Assembly (NCBI GenBank): GCA_028876375.1 | Contig: JAGWSB010000001.1 | Location: forward strand, 10,233 to 74,232 | Reading direction: 5' to 3' | DNA from: Chloroflexota bacterium | GTDB lineage: Bacteria > Chloroflexota > Limnocylindria > P2-11E | Length of the DNA: 64,000 bases | In this document: piece after piece, positions 1-15,858 of the stretch | Position numbering within the stretch: position 1 is the stretch's first letter | Layout: the number at the start of each line of letters is the position of its first letter | The notes under the pieces: model-generated | Seen by the model: the letters and a program-made list of their open reading frames with translations, nothing else | Told to the model about the DNA's origin: nothing | The model's database searches: none | Position numbers and translations under genes: made by a program

Positions 1-307
1 CGACGGTCGAGGAGGATGAGCGCCGGCGTGCCGAGGCGCTCCCCCGCCGGACGCGGCGCCCGCGAACGACCGCGGCGTGGCGCGCGCGCGCGGTCCGGTC
101 GCGGCCGCTCGCCCCGGCGCTCCGTGCGCCGCGGGTCGGCGGGGCGGCGCCCACCCGAGCCTTCCGGCTGCGCGGGGGCCTGCGTCGGTCGCGGGGCCTG
201 CGGTGGGCGTCGTCTGCCGCGCCCTCGGCGCGGCCGCGGCGGCTGATCCACGCCGCAAGTGTGCACGAACGAACGCTCGTACCATGGGAGCACAGAGGGA
301 GCCTCAC

Positions 308-3010
<2,703 letters not shown>

Positions 3011-3142
3011 GCGCGGCCTGACGCGCGGCCGACGCCGCTTCATCCTGCGCAAAAGGCGTCGCTTCCTCGCCTGCCGTGGGGCCCGCAACGGGCGTCGGGC
3101 TGCTCTACGATCGTCGAGGCGCGCGGACCAGAGGGGGTAGCG

Positions 3143-4240
<1,098 letters not shown>

Positions 4241-4241
4241 C

Positions 4242-5231
4242 GTGGCCCGCGCGAGCTCGGAGCGCGTCATGCCCGCCGAGGCGGGAAGGGAGCGCGCTTC
4301 CGCTGCGGCGCCGGTCCCCATCGTCTCGCGGATCGGCGGAGCGGTCGGTCAGCTCTTCGAGCACGAGTGGGTGTTCGGCTACACGATGATCGCGCCCGCG
4401 ATCCTCTACATCGTTCTCCTCGTCGCGTACCCCTTCTTCGTCGCGCTTCGCTTCACGGTGACCAGCGCCAGCGTGTCCGAGCCGATCGCCTCGTTCGTCG
4501 GACTGCGGAACTTCGTCGACATCTGGAACGACGACATCTTCCGCCGCGCGCTCATCAACACCTTCGTCTTCACCATCAGCTCTCAGGTGATCCAGGCGTT
4601 CCTCGGGACGATCCTCGCCTTTCTGCTCCTGCGGCCGTTCCGCGGACGCCGCGTCGTCCGCGCGCTGTTCATCATCCCGTTCACCGTCCCCGTCGCGATC
4701 GGCGCCATCACCTGGAGCTGGATGCTCAATCCGCAGTACAGCGTCCTCAACTGGGTCGGCAGTCACATCGGCCTCTTCCCCGCGCCCGGCCCGAACTGGC
4801 TGGGCGAGGAGCAGCTGGCCATGATCAGCGTGATCGTCGTCAACGTCTGGCGCGGCCTTCCGTTCACGACGATCCTGCTCATGGCCGGCATCACCGCGGT
4901 ACCCCAGGAGATCATCGAGGCGGCGGCGCTCGACGCCGCCGGCTTCTTCCGGCGGTGGAACGACATCATCGTCCCGATCATCGCCCCGATCCTGTTCATC
5001 GCTCTTCTCTTCAGCTTCGTGTCGCAGTTCACCGACATGACCGTCGTGTGGCTCCTCACGCGCGGCAATCCCGTGAACACGACCCACGTGCTCGCCTCGT
5101 ATGCATTCGAGGTCGGCATCGTCTCCGGCGACCTCGGGCGCGGCGCGGCGATCTCGCTCTTTCTCTTCCCGGTGCTGCTCGTCGCCGCCATCGTGATGCT
5201 GCGATACCTCAAGTCGCAGCAGCTGGATTAG
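4242..5231 (+). CDS. ABC transporter permease (MalF/UgpA-like, CUT1 family). The start could be the GTG at 4242 or the ATG at 4269.
   Basis: Six predicted membrane helices. The permease signature region begins 1 nt after the ATPase stop. Confidence 0.8.
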   Translation: MARASSERVMPAEAGRERASAAAPVPIVSRIGGAVGQLFEHEWVFGYTMIAPAILYIVLLVAYPFFVALRFTVTSASVSEPIASFVGLRNFVDIWNDDIFRRALINTFVFTISSQVIQAFLGTILAFLLLRPFRGRRVVRALFIIPFTVPVAIGAITWSWMLNPQYSVLNWVGSHIGLFPAPGPNWLGEEQLAMISVIVVNVWRGLPFTTILLMAGITAVPQEIIEAAALDAAGFFRRWNDIIVPIIAPILFIALLFSFVSQFTDMTVVWLLTRGNPVNTTHVLASYAFEVGIVSGDLGRGAAISLFLFPVLLVAAIVMLRYLKSQQLD

Positions 5232-5240
5232 GAGGACCGC

Positions 5241-6134
5241 ATGGCGAGCACGGACCTCGTCGTCGGCGACTTCGCCATCGAGCACGCGCCCGGCCACCGG
5301 ATGCGCCGCTTCTTCTCGTCGGCGGCCTTCTGGCTCACCATCGGCGCTTTCCTGCTGTTCGCCGTCTTCCCCGTGTACTGGATGTTCGTCACGACGTTCA
5401 AGCAGATCAACGACCTCTACAGCCTCGACGAGAACCCGCTCATCTTCAACCTGGCGCCGACGCTCGAGCACGTGCAGTTCCTCTGGGACCAGACGCGGTA
5501 CCCGACGTGGCTGGTCAACACGGTCGAGATCGGCGTGTTCACCGTCATCATCACCCTGCTGGTCTCCATCCCGGCGGCGTACGCGCTCGCGCGGAGCCGC
5601 TTCCCCGGCTCGGGCACGCTCGGGATCGGGATCTTCCTCACCTACCTCATCCCGCCGACGCTCCTCTTCCTCCCGCTCTCCCAGATCGTCGTCGGGCTGG
5701 GCCTCATCAACACCCGCTGGTCGCTCGTTCTCGTCTACCCGACGTTCACCATCCCGTTCTGCACCTGGCTGCTCATGGGCTTCTTCAGAGGCGTTCCGCG
5801 CGAGATGACCGAGGCGGCGCGCGTGGACGGGTGCAGCCGTCTCGGCGCCCTGTTCCGCGTCGTCCTCCCGGTGAGCCTCCCGGGGATCCTCACCGTCGTC
5901 ATCTTCGCCTTCACGCTGACGATGCAGGAGTACGTGTACGCGCTCACCTTCGTGTCGGAGCAGACCGAGAAGACGGTGACGCTGGGCGTCTCGGCCGATC
6001 TCATCCGCGGCGACGTGTTCGCGTGGAGCTCGCTGATGGCGGGCGCCCTCATCATCTCGGTCCCGGTGGCGATCGCCTACAACTTCTTCCTCGACACGTT
6101 CGTCAAGGGGATCACCGGCGGCGCCGTGAAATAG
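5241..6134 (+). CDS. ABC transporter permease (MalG/UgpE-like, CUT1 family)
   Basis: 297 aa polytopic membrane protein with the typical N-terminal helix FWLTIGAFLLFAVFPVYWMF. It follows the first permease by 9 nt. Confidence 0.8.
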   Translation: MASTDLVVGDFAIEHAPGHRMRRFFSSAAFWLTIGAFLLFAVFPVYWMFVTTFKQINDLYSLDENPLIFNLAPTLEHVQFLWDQTRYPTWLVNTVEIGVFTVIITLLVSIPAAYALARSRFPGSGTLGIGIFLTYLIPPTLLFLPLSQIVVGLGLINTRWSLVLVYPTFTIPFCTWLLMGFFRGVPREMTEAARVDGCSRLGALFRVVLPVSLPGILTVVIFAFTLTMQEYVYALTFVSEQTEKTVTLGVSADLIRGDVFAWSSLMAGALIISVPVAIAYNFFLDTFVKGITGGAVK

Positions 6135-6143
6135 GCAAAAGAA

Positions 6144-6172
6144 GAGGGCCGGCCTCAAGGCGCCGGCCCTCT
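6144..6172. terminator. bidirectional intrinsic terminator between the convergent permease and substrate-binding protein genes
   Basis: Perfect 11 bp inverted repeat AGAGGGCCGGC / GCCGGCCCTCT around an 8 nt loop. It lies 10 nt after the permease stop and about 25 nt after the stop of the substrate-binding protein gene. Confidence 0.6.
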
Positions 6173-6198
6173 CCGGGAGCTTTGTCGACGGTGGCGCG

Positions 6199-7581
<1,383 letters not shown>

Positions 7582-7790
7582 GGCCTACCCCCTCTTGTTC
7601 CGCTGTTCCGCTGTTCCGGGACTGGGGCCATTATGTGGCGCTCGAACGCCTTACGGGCGTGCACCGGCCCGCGTCCGCGCCGAGCCCGGGCGGCGACATT
7701 TCGTCACGCGAAGCGAGGCCGGGACCTTCGGTCTCTTGGCCGCCCGCTCTCTTTTTTACAGCGCGGTGAGCGGCGCTCTCGCGTCGCGGC

Positions 7791-9578
7791 TCATCCCGGC
7801 GGGACCATGCCGGTGAACACGTAGGCCTGCAGCATGACGATGATCCCCATGAACGCCGCGAGCGCGATGGAGTGCCAGAAGACCGTCCGGAAGATGGGGC
7901 CGAGCGCGACCCTCCCCTCCGCCGGGTCCTCGTAGCAGGCCGACGTCGCGACCGTGATGCTCTGAGGGTCGATCATCTTCCCCATCACGCCGCCGGTCGA
8001 GTTCGCGGCCGCGGTGAGGATGGGGCTCAAGTGCAGCTGCTGCGCGGTGATCTTCTGCAGGCTCCCGAAGAGCGCGTTCGACGCGGTGTCGGAGCCGCCG
8101 AGGAAGACACCGAGCCACCCCAGGTAGGCGGCGAAGAACGGGTACAGGACGCCGGTCGCGGTGAACGCGAGGCCGAGGATGGCATCCGTGCCGCCGTAGC
8201 GCGTGAGCGCCGCGAGGCCGAGCACCTGGCCGATCACGAGGACGGGGACGCGCATGCGCCGGGCGGTCCGCACGATCGCCTGCCGCCATTGCGCCGCGGA
8301 CATCCGCAGGTAGACGCCGCTGAGGACCGCCGCGATGACGACGCCCGTGCCCGCCGCCGAGAGGTAGTTGAAGACGAACTGCACCGTCTCGGGGGCCGCG
8401 TTCACGGGAGCCACGGGCGGCGCGCGCTGGATGAGCTTGTTCGCGAACGGCATGTCGAACACCGGGTCCGACAGGTTCCCGCTCACGTGGACGCCGAGAA
8501 GGCTCGTGTCGATCTTCGGCAGCAGGGTGTTGAGCGCCGCTTTGATGCCCGGGGTCCCCCAGATCGCGACGCACACGATGAGGATGACCCACGGCACCCA
8601 CGCGGCGATCGTCTGGCGCAGCGAGTACGGATACGAGTACTCCTCCTTGGCCATGGCTCCGGTGCCCGCCCCCGACGCCGCGACGCGGGCGCGCTCCGCC
8701 CGCATCTCGAACCGCTGCTTGGGGTGCCAGAAGCGCAGGAACACCACGACGGCGATGACGGACGTCAGCCCCGCGAACACGTCGGTGAGAAGGTGAAGGC
8801 TCTCGGAGGCGGAGACGAGGTTCTGGACCACGGCGAAGACGACGCCCGCCACCGCGGTCGCGGGCCACACCTCGAACGCCTCTCCCCAGGTGCCTCCCTC
8901 CATCCGCACGAACGTGACGACGAGCCAGAACGGGATGAGGACCGACGCGAAAGGCAGCTGTCGTCCGGCCATCGTGGAGAGCGCCGTCTCGCTGAGTCCC
9001 GTGACGGCGGCGAGCGTGACGATGGGCGTGCCGATCGCGCCGTAGGCCACCGGCGCCGTGTTCGCGAGGAGGTTGAGGACCGCGGACTGTAGCGGCGGGA
9101 AGCCGAGGCCGACCATCATCGCCCCCGCGATCGCGACGGGCGTCCCGAATCCGGAGGTCCCCTCGATGATGGCCCCGAAGGAGAAGGCGATGACGAGGAC
9201 CTGGAGCCGTCGATCGAACGTGACGTGGATGATCGACTCCTTGACGATCTCGAACTTCCCCGTCACGAGCGTGATCGTGTAGAGGAACATCGCGCCGATG
9301 ACGATCCAGATGATGCCGATGAAGCCGGAGAACGCTCCCTGCACGAACGACGAGAGCGCCGCGCCGAAGGGCATCCGCATCATGGCGAGGTTCACCACGA
9401 AGCCTATGAGGACGCCGAAGAACGCCGCCCACGGTGCGCTGATGCCGTAGTGGCGATGTCCCCCTTCGTCGGTGTGCGGATGGATCGCGATGAAATAGAG
9501 CAGCGTCGCGATCGGCAGCGCGGCGACGAGCGTCGACAGAATGGCGTTGCCCAGCGGGTCGTAGCTCTGGTGATACAC
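7791..9578 (-). CDS. lctP: L-lactate permease (LctP/LldP family)
   Basis: 595 aa with about 12 membrane helices. The N-terminal GNAILSTLVAALPIATLLYFIA and the later FSFGAIIEGTSGFGTPVAIAGAMMVGLGF blocks are characteristic of LctP. Confidence 0.85.
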   Translation of the reverse strand: MYHQSYDPLGNAILSTLVAALPIATLLYFIAIHPHTDEGGHRHYGISAPWAAFFGVLIGFVVNLAMMRMPFGAALSSFVQGAFSGFIGIIWIVIGAMFLYTITLVTGKFEIVKESIIHVTFDRRLQVLVIAFSFGAIIEGTSGFGTPVAIAGAMMVGLGFPPLQSAVLNLLANTAPVAYGAIGTPIVTLAAVTGLSETALSTMAGRQLPFASVLIPFWLVVTFVRMEGGTWGEAFEVWPATAVAGVVFAVVQNLVSASESLHLLTDVFAGLTSVIAVVVFLRFWHPKQRFEMRAERARVAASGAGTGAMAKEEYSYPYSLRQTIAAWVPWVILIVCVAIWGTPGIKAALNTLLPKIDTSLLGVHVSGNLSDPVFDMPFANKLIQRAPPVAPVNAAPETVQFVFNYLSAAGTGVVIAAVLSGVYLRMSAAQWRQAIVRTARRMRVPVLVIGQVLGLAALTRYGGTDAILGLAFTATGVLYPFFAAYLGWLGVFLGGSDTASNALFGSLQKITAQQLHLSPILTAAANSTGGVMGKMIDPQSITVATSACYEDPAEGRVALGPIFRTVFWHSIALAAFMGIIVMLQAYVFTGMVPPG

Positions 9579-9646
9579 GATCCCCTCCTCGTTCGACCTT
9601 GCGGCGAGCGGCGCGCATAGTAGGGTGGCGCGCTATCCGATCGTGT

Positions 9647-11326
9647 CTAGGCTCGTGTCAACGGCCGGTACCGGATGCGGTGCGGCGCCTCCGCCTCGGC
9701 GCCCAGCGTCTTGCGCTTCCACTCCTCGTATTCGCTGTAAGCGCCGGGGAACCAGCGCACCGCGCTGTCGCTCTCGAACGCGAGCGTGTTCGTCGCGATC
9801 CGGTCCAGGAACCAGCGGTCGTGGCTGATGACGAGGACGCATCCGGCGAAGTCGACGAGCGCGTCCTCGAGCGCGCGCAGCGTGTCGACGTCGAGGTCGT
9901 TCGTGGGCTCGTCCAGGAGCAGCACGTTGCCGCCCGAGCGGAGCACCTTCGCCAGGTGGAGGCGGTTGCGCTCCCCGCCCGACAGGTCGCCGACGCGCTT
10001 CTGCTGATCGGACCCGCGGAAGCCGAACGAGGCCGCGTACGCGCGCACCGGCCGCGGTCGCCCGCCGACGTCGATCGTCTCCTCGCCGCCGCCGATCTCC
10101 TCCCAGACGGCGCGCGCCGGGTCGAGCTCGCGCGACTGCGCGACGTAGGCGAGCTTCACCGTCTCGCCGAGCTTCAGCTCGCCGGCGTCGGGCTTCTCCT
10201 CGCCCGTCAGGATGCGGAAGAGCGTCGTCTTTCCGGCGCCATTGGGGCCGATGATCCCCACGATCCCCGCCCGCGGCAGCGTGAACGTGAGATCGTCGAA
10301 CAGCAGCTTGTCGCCGTAGGCCTTTCGCAGCCCTGCCGCCTCGATGACGACGTCGCCGAGGCGCGGCCCCGGAGGGATCCAGATCTCGAGCTCGCGCTCC
10401 CGCTCCTCCGGCTTCTCGGCGAGCAGCTGCTCGTACGCGTTGAGGCGCGCCTTGCTCTTCGCCTGCCGCGCCCGGGGAGACAGCTTCACCCACTCGAGCT
10501 CCCGCGCGAGCGTCCGCTGGCGGGCGGACTCCTTGCTCTCCTCGTCGGCGAGGCGCCTGCGCTTCTGGTCGAGCCACGAGCTGTAGTTGCCCTCCCAGGG
10601 GATGCCGTAGCCCTGGTCGAGCTCGAGGATCCAGCCCGCGACGTTGTCGAGGAAGTAGCGGTCGTGCGTGACCGCGACGACCGTCCCCTTGTACGTCGCG
10701 AGGAAGCGCTCCAGCCATTCGACCGACTCCGCGTCGAGATGGTTCGTCGGCTCGTCGAGGAGCAGGAGGTCGGGCTCGCTCAGCAGCAGGCGGCAGAGCG
10801 CGACGCGCCGCCGCTCGCCGCCCGACAGGGTCCCGACGTCCTGATCGCCCGGCGGCAGACGGAGCGCGTCCATCGCGACGTCGAGCTTCGCGTCGAGGTC
10901 CCACAGGCCCTTGGACTCGATCTCGTCCTGCGTCCTTTGGAACTCTTCGGAAAGGCGCTCCATCTCCTCCGCGGAGAGCTGCTCTCCGAACTTCGCCGAG
11001 AGGTCCTGATACCGGTCGAGGACGGCCCGCGAGACGGCGACGCCTTCCTCGACGTTCCCGCGCACGTCCTTCGACGCGTCGAGCCGCGGCTCCTGCTCCA
11101 GCAGTCCGACGCTGTACCCGGGCGAGAGCCGGGCCTCGCCCACGAACTCCGTGTCGACGCCGGCCATGATCCGCAGGAGCGTGCTCTTGCCCGCGCCGTT
11201 CGGCCCGAGGACCCCGATCTTGGCGCCGTGATAGAAGGACAGGAAGATCCCGCGGAGGACCTCCCGCTGCGTCGGGCTGTGCACGACCTTGCGCAGGTCG
11301 CGCATCGTGAAGATGAACGGCGGCAC
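9647..11326 (-). CDS. ettA: energy-dependent translational throttle protein EttA (ABC-F ATPase)
   Basis: 559 aa with two ABC cassettes: Walker A GPNGAGKST twice and signature LSGGERRRVALCRLLL. It is collinear over its full length with E. coli EttA, from MAQFVYTM..PGAKIGVLG through to IKYKR. Confidence 0.9.
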   Translation of the reverse strand: MPPFIFTMRDLRKVVHSPTQREVLRGIFLSFYHGAKIGVLGPNGAGKSTLLRIMAGVDTEFVGEARLSPGYSVGLLEQEPRLDASKDVRGNVEEGVAVSRAVLDRYQDLSAKFGEQLSAEEMERLSEEFQRTQDEIESKGLWDLDAKLDVAMDALRLPPGDQDVGTLSGGERRRVALCRLLLSEPDLLLLDEPTNHLDAESVEWLERFLATYKGTVVAVTHDRYFLDNVAGWILELDQGYGIPWEGNYSSWLDQKRRRLADEESKESARQRTLARELEWVKLSPRARQAKSKARLNAYEQLLAEKPEERERELEIWIPPGPRLGDVVIEAAGLRKAYGDKLLFDDLTFTLPRAGIVGIIGPNGAGKTTLFRILTGEEKPDAGELKLGETVKLAYVAQSRELDPARAVWEEIGGGEETIDVGGRPRPVRAYAASFGFRGSDQQKRVGDLSGGERNRLHLAKVLRSGGNVLLLDEPTNDLDVDTLRALEDALVDFAGCVLVISHDRWFLDRIATNTLAFESDSAVRWFPGAYSEYEEWKRKTLGAEAEAPHRIRYRPLTRA

Positions 11327-11367
11327 GTCGAAAAGACGGTACCAGGCGCGATCGGTACGATCCCGCC

Positions 11368-13929
11368 GTGAACGACTTCCGCCTATCCCCCGACGTGCGT
11401 CCCCGCCGCTACGCGCTCCGCTTCGACCTCGATCTCGCCGAATGGCGCTCGACCGGATCCGCCCGGATCGACCTGGACACCGCCGAGCCGACGAAGGAGA
11501 TCGCGCTCCACGCCTGCGAGATCGAGATCGACCTCGCGCGGCTCGACGGTGAGCCCGCCGAGCGCATCTCCTATGACGAGGACTCTCAGACCGCCGTGCT
11601 CGGCTTCGCCTCGACCGTCGCCCGCGGCGGGCACACGCTCGACCTCGAGTGGCACGGCGGGATCCGCGAGGCGCTGCGCGGCCTCTACCGCTCGGTGCGC
11701 GACGAGGAGCGCTACGCGGCGACCCAATTCGAGGCCGCCGACGCGCGCCGCGCCTTCCCCTGCTTCGACGAGCCGGAGTTCAAAGCGCGCTACGCGATCG
11801 AGCTCGTCCATCCCGCCGGGCTGACCGCCGTCGGCAACATGCCCATCGCCTCGCAAGCCCAGGTCGACGGCGGGCGTGTCCGGACCGTCTTCGAGGAGAC
11901 GCCGCCGATCTCCTCGTACCTCGTCGCGTTCACGGTCGGGCCATACGAGGCCACGCCCGTGGCGACGACGCGCACGGGATACCCCGTCCGCGTCGTCGTC
12001 CCTCCCGGCCTCGCCAAGCGCTCGGAATACGCGCGCGACGCGCACGTCGCGGCGGTGGAGTGGCTCGAGGAGTACACCCAGGTCCCCTATCAGTACCGCA
12101 AGGTCGACGCGATCGGGCTCCCGGACTTCGAGGCCGGCGCGATGGAGAATCCGGGAGCGATCACCTACCGCGTCCGGCTCCTGGCCGCCGACCGCGAGAC
12201 GGCGTCCCTGCCGGTGCTCAAGAGCGTGTTCGCGGTGGCGGCGCACGAGCTCACCCACATGTGGTGGGGCGACCTCGTGACGATGAAGTGGTGGAACGAC
12301 CTCTGGCTCAACGAGTCGTTCGCCAGCTTCGTCGGCGACAAGTGCACGGACGCGCTCAACCCCGAGTGGCTGATGAAGCGCGACATCGTCGCCGACGCGG
12401 CGCCCGCCTTCGGCCTCGATGCGCTCGTCTCGACCCACCCCATCTCGATGGAGGTGCGCAACGTCGACGAGGCCTCGGAGCGCTTCGACGCGATCACGTA
12501 CAACAAGGGTCAGGCCGTCCTGCGGATGATCGAGGCCTTCCTCGGCGAGGACGTCTTCCGCGACGGCGTCCGCATCTACCTCGACCGGCACCGCGAGGCG
12601 AACGCGACGGCGGACGACTTCTGGCGGGCGCTCGACGAGGCCTCCGCCCAGGACGTCACCGCGCTGGCCAACGCCTGGATCCGCGAGCCGGGGCATCCGC
12701 TCGTGCGCTGCGCCGTGAGCGAGGAGGGCGGCGACCTCGTCGTCGCCCTCCGGCAGGAGCGCTTCTTCGCCGACCCCGGCGTCGCCGACACGGGACAGAC
12801 GTGGCCGGTGCCCATCGTCCTGGCGTACGGAACGCCCGAGGGACGGAAAGAAGAGCGCGTCCTGCTGCGCCAGCGCGAGGCGACGGTGCGCCTGCCGCGC
12901 GCGCGCTGGTACTTCCCGAACGGCGGCGCCGCCGGCTTCTACCGCTACGCCTTCGATGAGCGGTCGGTCGGCCTGCTTGCGCCGGCGCTGGCGCAGCTGC
13001 GTCCGGAAGAGCGCCTCTCGCTCCTCGACGACCAGTGGGCCCTCGTGCGCGCGCGCAAGGCACACGTCGCGCGGTCCATCGAGCTCGTCGCGGGCCTCGG
13101 CGGCGAGACCGACCGCGCCGTCCTGCAGGCGCTCAGCGAGCACCTCGCGTGGATCGCGCAGTACGTCGTCACGCCCGCGACGCAGCCCGACCTGCGGCGG
13201 CTCGTCGCCTCCATCTTCGGGCCGGAGCTCGCGCGTCTGGGATGGGAGCGCCGTCCGGCCGACACGTCGGACGAGCGCGAGCGCCGCTCCATCGCGATCG
13301 CCGCGCTCGGACAGCGCGCCGACGACGCGGACGTCCGCCGCGAGGCGCGGCGTCGCCTCGACGCGCACCTCGCCGGCCGCCAGCGGCTCGACCCGGACAT
13401 CGCCGGAGCCGTCGTCGCCGTCGCCGCGGCGATCGGGGACGCCGCGCTCTACGACCGCTATGTCGCGCGCATGAAGGAGAGCGAGCGGACGGACGCCCAG
13501 GAGGAGTCGCGCTTCCGCAACGGCCTCATCCAGTTCCGCGATCCCGCGCTGGCGCGCCGTCTCGCCGACGAGCTGTTCACCGACCTCATCCGCGAGCAGG
13601 ACCGCGCGCTCATGCTCACTCTCATGCTCGGCCAGTCCCACGGACGCGACGCCGCGTGGGACAGCGTCCAGCGCAGCTGGGACGCGAAGATCGCGACGAT
13701 GGATCCCGGCGGCAAGCAGCGCGCCATCTCGGCCATATCACAGCTCGTGACGAAGGAGCTCGCGCGACCGGCGGCGGCGTTCCTCGAGGCGAAGCGGACG
13801 CCCGACACCGCCGAGACGACGGCGCGCTCTCTCGAGCGGCTGCGCGTGAACGCCGCGGCGGTGGAGCGGATGAGGGAGGAGCTGCCGGACGCGCTCCGGC
13901 GCGCCGGCGAGGCGGCGCCGGCGGGCTAG
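11368..13929 (+). CDS. pepN: aminopeptidase N (M1 family zinc metallopeptidase)
   Basis: GAMENPG exopeptidase motif, the [10 protein letters not shown]..(18)..E zinc site, and an ERAP1-like C-terminal domain. 853 aa. Confidence 0.9.
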   Translation: MNDFRLSPDVRPRRYALRFDLDLAEWRSTGSARIDLDTAEPTKEIALHACEIEIDLARLDGEPAERISYDEDSQTAVLGFASTVARGGHTLDLEWHGGIREALRGLYRSVRDEERYAATQFEAADARRAFPCFDEPEFKARYAIELVHPAGLTAVGNMPIASQAQVDGGRVRTVFEETPPISSYLVAFTVGPYEATPVATTRTGYPVRVVVPPGLAKRSEYARDAHVAAVEWLEEYTQVPYQYRKVDAIGLPDFEAGAMENPGAITYRVRLLAADRETASLPVLKSVFAVAAHELTHMWWGDLVTMKWWNDLWLNESFASFVGDKCTDALNPEWLMKRDIVADAAPAFGLDALVSTHPISMEVRNVDEASERFDAITYNKGQAVLRMIEAFLGEDVFRDGVRIYLDRHREANATADDFWRALDEASAQDVTALANAWIREPGHPLVRCAVSEEGGDLVVALRQERFFADPGVADTGQTWPVPIVLAYGTPEGRKEERVLLRQREATVRLPRARWYFPNGGAAGFYRYAFDERSVGLLAPALAQLRPEERLSLLDDQWALVRARKAHVARSIELVAGLGGETDRAVLQALSEHLAWIAQYVVTPATQPDLRRLVASIFGPELARLGWERRPADTSDERERRSIAIAALGQRADDADVRREARRRLDAHLAGRQRLDPDIAGAVVAVAAAIGDAALYDRYVARMKESERTDAQEESRFRNGLIQFRDPALARRLADELFTDLIREQDRALMLTLMLGQSHGRDAAWDSVQRSWDAKIATMDPGGKQRAISAISQLVTKELARPAAAFLEAKRTPDTAETTARSLERLRVNAAAVERMREELPDALRRAGEAAPAG

Positions 13930-14930
13930 CCGCCGATGTAGGACATCTCGATCTTGGCGAGGCGTTCGGTCTCTTCGCCCCGCAGCTCGGAGTAACGGTC
14001 GGTCCGCGCGGACCACACCCCCGCGATGCGCGCCGCGATCTCGTCGTCGCTCGCGCCCCCGCGCAGCAGCGCCCGGAGATCCGTCCCGCGGGTCGCGAAC
14101 AGACACGTGTACAAAGTGCCGTCCGCCGAGAGGCGAGCGCGGGTGCAGTCACGACAGAAGGGCTGCGTGACCGAGGCGATGACGCCGAACTCCCCGCGGC
14201 CGTCCACGTAGCGCCAGCGCTCCGCGACCTCACCGACGTAGTTGGGCTGCGCCGGCTCCGCGGGGAAGGCCGCGGCGACGGTGCGCACGATCTCCTTCGC
14301 CGATACGACGTCGTCCATGCGCCAGCCGTTGCTGTGCCCCACGTCCATGTACTCGATGAAGCGGAGGATGTAGCCGCGCTCGCGGAAGAACGCGGCCATC
14401 GGGACGATGCTCCCCTCGTTCATCCCGCGCCGCACGACCATGTTCACCTTCAGCGGGCGCAGGTCGGCGGCGTATGCCGCGTCCATCGCGCGCACGACCT
14501 TCTCGACCGGGAAGTCGACGTCGTTCATCCGCCGGAAGACGGCATCGTCGAGCGAGTCGAGGCTGACGCTGATGCGCGTGAGCCCCGCCTCGCGGAGGGC
14601 GCGCGCCTTGTCCTCGAGCAGCGACCCGTTGGTCGTGAGCGTGAGATCGAGGCCGTCACGCGCGAGTACGGCGATGAGATCCTCGATCCCGCGCCGCGTG
14701 AGGGGCTCGCCGCCGGTGAGCCGCACCTTGCGGACCCCGAGGCGCACGAAGATCCCGACCAGCCGCTCGATCTCCTCGTAGGTGAGGAGGTCGTCCTTCG
14801 GCAGGAAGCGGTACCCGCGGCCGAAGACCTCCTTCGGCATGCAGTACACGCAGCGGAAGTTGCAGCGGTCGGTGACCGAGATCCGCAGGTCGTGGAGCGG
14901 CCGAGCCAGCGTGTCGCGGAGATCCCCCAT
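13926..14930 (-). CDS. moaA: GTP 3',8-cyclase MoaA (radical SAM; molybdenum cofactor biosynthesis)
   Basis: CNFRCVYC radical-SAM cluster near the N-terminus, a C-terminal second cluster CRDC..C, and the GG tail. 334 aa. Confidence 0.9.
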   Translation of the reverse strand: MGDLRDTLARPLHDLRISVTDRCNFRCVYCMPKEVFGRGYRFLPKDDLLTYEEIERLVGIFVRLGVRKVRLTGGEPLTRRGIEDLIAVLARDGLDLTLTTNGSLLEDKARALREAGLTRISVSLDSLDDAVFRRMNDVDFPVEKVVRAMDAAYAADLRPLKVNMVVRRGMNEGSIVPMAAFFRERGYILRFIEYMDVGHSNGWRMDDVVSAKEIVRTVAAAFPAEPAQPNYVGEVAERWRYVDGRGEFGVIASVTQPFCRDCTRARLSADGTLYTCLFATRGTDLRALLRGGASDDEIAARIAGVWSARTDRYSELRGEETERLAKIEMSYIGG

Positions 14931-14964
14931 CTCCCCGTAAGTATGACGGAGGCCGTCGGCGGCG

Positions 14965-15216
14965 CTAAGGCGCGAGGTGCCGCCGTACGGCCGCGGATAC
15001 GGTCCGGGGATCCGGGAAGCCGCCGTCGCGGGACATGGAATGGACCAGCTCGTCGCCGACGCGCACGTCGAAAGTGCCCTCGGCCCAGGGGATGATCTCG
15101 ATCGACGACAGACGGTGTCCGAACTCGCGCATGAGACCGTTCGTGAGGTCGAGCGTCTGCGGCTCGTAGCCGCACTCCGCGCAGTACGTGATGCGGACCT
15201 TGAGCGGCGAGGTCAC
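14965..15216 (-). CDS. SelW/SelT/Rdx-family small thioredoxin-fold protein (Cys form with a CxxC motif, not CxxU)
   Basis: 83 aa. The N-terminal [13 protein letters not shown] matches the Rdx/SelW redox motif, with Cys in place of Sec. Its start overlaps the upstream stop by 4 nt. Confidence 0.6.
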   Translation of the reverse strand: MTSPLKVRITYCAECGYEPQTLDLTNGLMREFGHRLSSIEIIPWAEGTFDVRVGDELVHSMSRDGGFPDPRTVSAAVRRHLAP

Positions 15217-15815
15217 GGCTTCTGGACGATCGCCGCCAGCTCCCGCACGACCTCGCCGTTCGCGAAGTCCATGGTCGACTCCCGCATCTTCCCGAGCTCG
15301 TCCATCAGGCGGGCACGCACGTCCTCCGGCAGCTGGTCGACGGGCGCATCGGGGCTCCCGAACTCCGGATGCGCCGCGAAGATCTCGCGGCGCTTCTGCG
15401 CCCGCAGCGCCGTGACGGACTCCGGCCGCTCGATGAAGACCCCGATCTCGCGCCAGCCGGCGTCGAAGAACGCCATCACGGGGATCGATCGGAACTTGCC
15501 CCCCTTGAGGTACTGGTCCATGAGGTCGGCGTTCTGGTCACGGTCGAACACGCGCAGGTCGAGCTCGGGCGCCTCGGCGGCGAGGCGCGCGAGGACGGGA
15601 AGATTCCCGTAGACGTCCGGGCACCAGTCGGCGCCGATGGCGAGGACATGGAGGGGCCGCCGGCGGAACGGCGCGAGCTGCTGCGGCGTGAGCTTGATGC
15701 GGCGCTCTTGCTCCTCGACGCGATCGCGGTTCCGCGTCATCGAGTCCTTCCACTGCTGGAAGGTCATTCCCTGCCGGAACCGCTGCTCCGTGATCGTTCC
15801 CATCCCGTCGATCAT
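15213..15815 (-). CDS. thioredoxin-fold family protein
   Basis: 200 aa. The block LAIGADWCPDV...IPVMAFFD resembles a thioredoxin-like fold with a single active-site Cys. The fold assignment is tentative. Confidence 0.45.
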   Translation of the reverse strand: MIDGMGTITEQRFRQGMTFQQWKDSMTRNRDRVEEQERRIKLTPQQLAPFRRRPLHVLAIGADWCPDVYGNLPVLARLAAEAPELDLRVFDRDQNADLMDQYLKGGKFRSIPVMAFFDAGWREIGVFIERPESVTALRAQKRREIFAAHPEFGSPDAPVDQLPEDVRARLMDELGKMRESTMDFANGEVVRELAAIVQKP

Positions 15816-15858
15816 GGCACGGCGCGTGCGTCGCCGCTCGCGGCCCCCGACCCTGTCT

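Noticed and set aside
9599-13641. Long ORFs antisense to ettA and pepN (9599-11371 on the plus strand, 11383-13641 on the minus strand)
   Set aside because: No domains and highly biased composition. ettA and pepN are collinear with their families over their full length.
13035-15095. 686 aa plus-strand ORF spanning the end of pepN and antisense to moaA
   Set aside because: Arg-rich artefact that contradicts two well-supported genes.
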